A DNA stretch of 64,000 nucleotides from Methanoregula sp. (GTDB taxonomy: Archaea; Halobacteriota; Methanomicrobia; Methanomicrobiales; Methanospirillaceae). The notes beneath the pieces were generated by a model. The model saw nothing but the letters and a program-made list of their open reading frames with translations. It did not search any database and was not told where the DNA came from. Positions 60,757-64,000 of this stretch are shown piece after piece. The stretch covers positions 1 through 64,000 of the forward strand of contig JBDKTL010000010.1 of NCBI GenBank assembly GCA_039698055.1. The letters are read 5' to 3'. Position 1 is the first letter of the stretch; each line of letters opens with the position of its first letter. A program made the position numbers and the translations under genes.

Positions 60757-61011
60757 TTTTTTTTCATCCCAGACCCCCGGGCAGGTCCCCCGGATTAAAA
60801 AATGGTGGTGAAAGAATATGCCCGGCTCCCAATCCCAAAAAGAGAAAATTCCTCTGCACACGACACGAGAGCCTGTACCGGGATTTTTTTATTTTTTTTT
60901 AGTTTCTTCCGCGCTTTTCCTGATTTACAAAAAAGAGAGAGCCAGATGGCAATTACCTGCGGACAATGCGGTTCCGGTGAGGGGGTTGCCGGATGAGAAC
61001 ATAAATCCGGG

Positions 61012-61046
61012 ATAACTTTTATATTGTAAATGTCCATACATTTACA
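61012..61046 (+). promoter_or_regulatory. TATA box plus palindromic operator, copy 2
   Basis: ataacTTTTATATtgtaaatg-tccata-catttaca; 33/35 identical to copy 1; ends just before the ATG at 61048. Confidence 0.78.
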
Positions 61047-61047
61047 T

Positions 61048-62061
61048 ATGGTACTCCAAGGCACCAACAACCAGTCCGGGTTCCGGCTATTGATCCTGCT
61101 GCTCCTCGTATCAGCTGCAGCAGCACTGCTGATATCTGCCGTATCAGCGGAAAAACCGTTTGTTACTATCGTAGCGCAAGGGAGCCAGTCTTATTATATG
61201 AATGAAGACGTGGTCTTCAGCGGAATGAATACGGATTCCAGTTCCACGTACCTCTTCATAGTCGGGCCGGGGATCTCCGCAAATGGCGGGAGCCTTCTTT
61301 TTCCCCACGGGGAAGTAGTCAGTGGAGATCCTGGTACATTTGTCAGGGTTGCAACAAAACCGGATAAGACCTGGGAATATACGTATACTACGCATAATCT
61401 TGGGCTCAATCCGGGGACGTATACCATCTATGTGGTGAGCCAGCCAAACGCAAAAGACCAGTTAGCGCAGACGCCCTATGGTACGGTCGATATTATCCTG
61501 AAAAAGCCCTTCATAACCGCCGGGATCACACCATCGCCCGTTACAAAAGGACAGCCTTTCACAATCACCGGATCTGCGGAAGGAAACCCCTCTGTGGTCC
61601 AGGTTTGGATTATTGGCGATAACTACGTGTATACTGCAGCAGTCCCGGTAAATCCTGATTCGACCTATACGTTCAATGGCGATACGCAACTCTCCGGAAA
61701 ACTCCCGGCAGGACAAAACTATCTTATTGTGCAGCACCCGATGGCAAACAGACAGTTCGATATAATTGCAAGCGGGGATTACGTCCGCACCCTGCAGGGT
61801 ACAAACGGGATGAATCTTTTCAGGATCGCCGGTACAGGAAGCCTTCAGGGCACCGACGCGGCAGAGGCGCTCATTGCTGCGATGGGCGACCAGAAGAATG
61901 GTGATGACAAGTATACGGAAATTCCCTTCATGGTCAGCGATGCAGGCACGATGCCCGGGGGAACCACTTCAGCACTTCCTGCACCGACATCTCCGCTCGT
62001 GTTTGCTCCTGTCGGAGCAATCGTCCTGATTTTCGGGATTGTCGTGTGGAAGCGAAGGTAG
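61048..62061 (+). CDS. Cell-surface protein with Ig-like/S-layer-like domains and C-terminal anchor
   Basis: Signal peptide, GTYTIYVVSQP, KKPFITA, IVQHPM, SLQGTDAAEAL; TM + WKRR. Confidence 0.82.
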   Translation: MVLQGTNNQSGFRLLILLLLVSAAAALLISAVSAEKPFVTIVAQGSQSYYMNEDVVFSGMNTDSSSTYLFIVGPGISANGGSLLFPHGEVVSGDPGTFVRVATKPDKTWEYTYTTHNLGLNPGTYTIYVVSQPNAKDQLAQTPYGTVDIILKKPFITAGITPSPVTKGQPFTITGSAEGNPSVVQVWIIGDNYVYTAAVPVNPDSTYTFNGDTQLSGKLPAGQNYLIVQHPMANRQFDIIASGDYVRTLQGTNGMNLFRIAGTGSLQGTDAAEALIAAMGDQKNGDDKYTEIPFMVSDAGTMPGGTTSALPAPTSPLVFAPVGAIVLIFGIVVWKRR

Positions 62062-62344
62062 GGGGCCATATTTTTTTTTAATTTTTTTTTTGTAATGTGC
62101 TATTTTAGCCCCTGACTTTTTACCCAAAAACTAATTTGAATCAATGTTTTCTAAGTTATTTTGAGACGTATACCAGCACTGATGAACCGATGAGAAAATA
62201 TGAGTTTGGGGATGAAGAAGGCATTACCTTACAGCAAATAAATTTTTCAAAAAAGAAAATTCTATTCAGAACCTGTCGATGAAATTATTACATTCTCAAC
62301 AAAGATTTTAGGCTCAAACGATCCAAAAAAATCAGGAGATAATC

Positions 62345-62557
62345 ATGTCAACATTCACCGCAGTGCTCCACAAAGAGGATGACCTGTACGTAGCAGAATG
62401 TCCCGAAGTGGGTACGGTAAGCCAGGGGAGCACCGTTGAAGAGGCCGTCAATAACCTTAAAGAAGCAACAGAACTTTACCGGGAAGAATTCCCGTTAACG
62501 AAAAAGAAGCGGGCGATCCTGACGACATTTGAGGTGTCATCGGTTGCCACATCATAA
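62345..62557 (+). CDS. hicB: HicB-family antitoxin
   Basis: YVAECPEVGTVSQGSTVEEAVNNLKEATELY. Confidence 0.88.
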   Translation: MSTFTAVLHKEDDLYVAECPEVGTVSQGSTVEEAVNNLKEATELYREEFPLTKKKRAILTTFEVSSVATS

Positions 62558-62775
62558 GCCGGTCTCTGGCGATATTACTATCAAAATTTTTATGCAATAA
62601 ATTTGGTTTTACCGTCACCGGGCGAGCGGGTAGCCATGTACGGCTGTCGAAAATGACAAACGTAGGCAAAGTTGGTACAGTTGACCCTGACCATGACGAG
62701 TTGAAACCGGGAACGCTCAAAGGAGTTCTCAAACTGGCCAAAGTCGATTCTGATGATTTTTACCGGTTTGTCTGA
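62544..62775 (+). pseudogene. hicA: HicA-family toxin with a +1 frameshift
   Basis: PVSG..IKI then, in a shifted frame, LCNKFGF...GSHVRL...HDELKPGTLKGVLK; extra T in the T5 run at 62587-62591. Confidence 0.78.
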
Positions 62776-62907
62776 TGAAATCTTTTTTTTTTAATTTGCT
62801 GAAAGGTTCCCTTTTTGTTTTCCTCGTGATCGATGAATTCTCCGGCGCCAGAATCCGGGTATCATTGACCGATAACACCTTGCGATCATCATGCCCATCT
62901 AACCTTC

Positions 62908-63225
62908 ATGCGCGGAAAAAAAAACAAAACCCAAAAGATTGAAAAAATTGTTGATCCGGAAGCAGTCTCCGACGCCATAGATATCGAAATAATATCCACA
63001 AAAATCTTCAGGGGCGGCCCGGCAGCCAGCACCCTCTCATCTCTCATCGTATACCGGGAGGATCTCAAACTTCCCGCTGAACCCATAGATTACGCGGCAC
63101 TGGTGATCACCTCCATTGAAGCACAAGAAGATGGATCGGTTGTCGTGCATCCTCTCGCGCTTGCCGCGACATCGATGGATCACGTCAGCCAGTTTTCCGG
63201 GATTCGTGAGTGGGTCCACCTCTGA
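62908..63225 (+). CDS. Hypothetical protein with TBP-like N-terminus (possible degenerate paralog)
   Basis: KIEKIVDPEAVSDAIDIEIISTKI vs KIENIVASGSIADSIDLEMLTSRL of the adjacent TBP. Confidence 0.45.
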   Translation: MRGKKNKTQKIEKIVDPEAVSDAIDIEIISTKIFRGGPAASTLSSLIVYREDLKLPAEPIDYAALVITSIEAQEDGSVVVHPLALAATSMDHVSQFSGIREWVHL

Positions 63226-63554
63226 TTCCCGGCACTCGCACTCATGGGGAATTTCCCGGGTTCCGATATTCGTTTCCGGTCGTGCGGGTCCCCCGGTTTT
63301 TTTGGTGCGATGAATTTTTAAAAATTTCAAGCGATGGAATCCGGAAAAATAGTTGTGCACATTGTAATTTTCTGCACAAACGTGCACCCGTCGCAGGGGT
63401 TTTTTGTCGATCCGATGCACGAAGTCTTTGGAGCAGCAGGTCATGACGTCGGACCGGACTTTTTATTTCGTCCCCCGTGAGATTTTTTTAACCCGGCAAG
63501 ACCCGGGACAATTGACCGATACTAACTTGCATTCATCCTGCCAATCTATCGCAC

Positions 63555-64000
63555 ATGAGTGAAAGAAAACCTCAGTCTCCCAAGATCGAGAATATCGTTG
63601 CTTCGGGATCGATCGCTGATTCAATCGATCTCGAAATGCTCACCTCCAGACTGAAAAACTACGACCTCAACAAAAAACGATTTCCGGGCGCAGTATTACG
63701 GCTTCTTGACCCAAAAATCGCCGTACTCATATTCTCTTCGGGAAAGGTCGTAATAACCGGCGCAAAAAGCCCGAAGGACTTGGCCCGTGGCCAGGATATT
63801 CTCATAGAGAAAATGAAAGACGCGGGAGTGACCTGTTATGATACGCCGAGGGTCGCCGTTACGAACATGGTCTGTTCGTATGATATCGGGAAGTACATCA
63901 ACCTCAACAAGGTGGTTCTCACGCTGAACATGGAAAATATCGAGTACGAACCGGAACAGTTTCCCGGGTTGGTATACCGTATCCCGGACCCAAAAATTGT
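63555..64000 (+). CDS. tbp: TATA-box binding protein (truncated by window end)
   Basis: KIENIVAS, FPGAVLR, LIFSSGKVVITGAKS, NMVCS, EYEPEQFPGLVYR. Confidence 0.95.
   Translation, partial: MSERKPQSPKIENIVASGSIADSIDLEMLTSRLKNYDLNKKRFPGAVLRLLDPKIAVLIFSSGKVVITGAKSPKDLARGQDILIEKMKDAGVTCYDTPRVAVTNMVCSYDIGKYINLNKVVLTLNMENIEYEPEQFPGLVYRIPDPKI

Noticed and set aside
1-64000. CRISPR array, rRNA, transposase or integrase
   Set aside because: No regularly spaced repeats, rRNA-like sequence or recombinase motifs noticed by eye.

Overview
Archaeal chromosomal window from a hydrogenotrophic methanogen; gene content and protein style fit Methanomicrobiales (Methanoregula-like; inferred). The first ~43 kb is mostly core. 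It holds cobamide genes (cobT-like, cobZ, cobS), EF-1alpha/rps10, and a CetZ tubulin operon inside a lipid-linked glycosylation cluster. It also holds rpl7ae-rps28e-rpl24e-ndk with a double k-turn leader, thrC, bacterial-type ruvCAB, mch, orc1/cdc6, apgM, porGDAB, a hybrid kinase, tRNA-Val(TAC) and nifB. The last ~20 kb is accessory: three toxin-antitoxin loci, a multi-PAS kinase, uncharacterised membrane and surface proteins, and a TBP. Two signals stand out. (1) At 45069-45285 the 3' ends of the two convergent genes that bound the nifB-lipoprotein interval are fused back-to-back, so two different cargo cassettes sit in tandem, each framed by the same two gene ends, with no integrase nearby. 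(2) A TATA-proximal palindrome TGTAAATG-N6-C(A/G)TTTACA precedes both an HTH/Cys-rich regulator operon with two paralogous membrane proteins and a downstream surface-protein gene, suggesting a compact envelope regulon. All family assignments come from motif recognition, not database searches.
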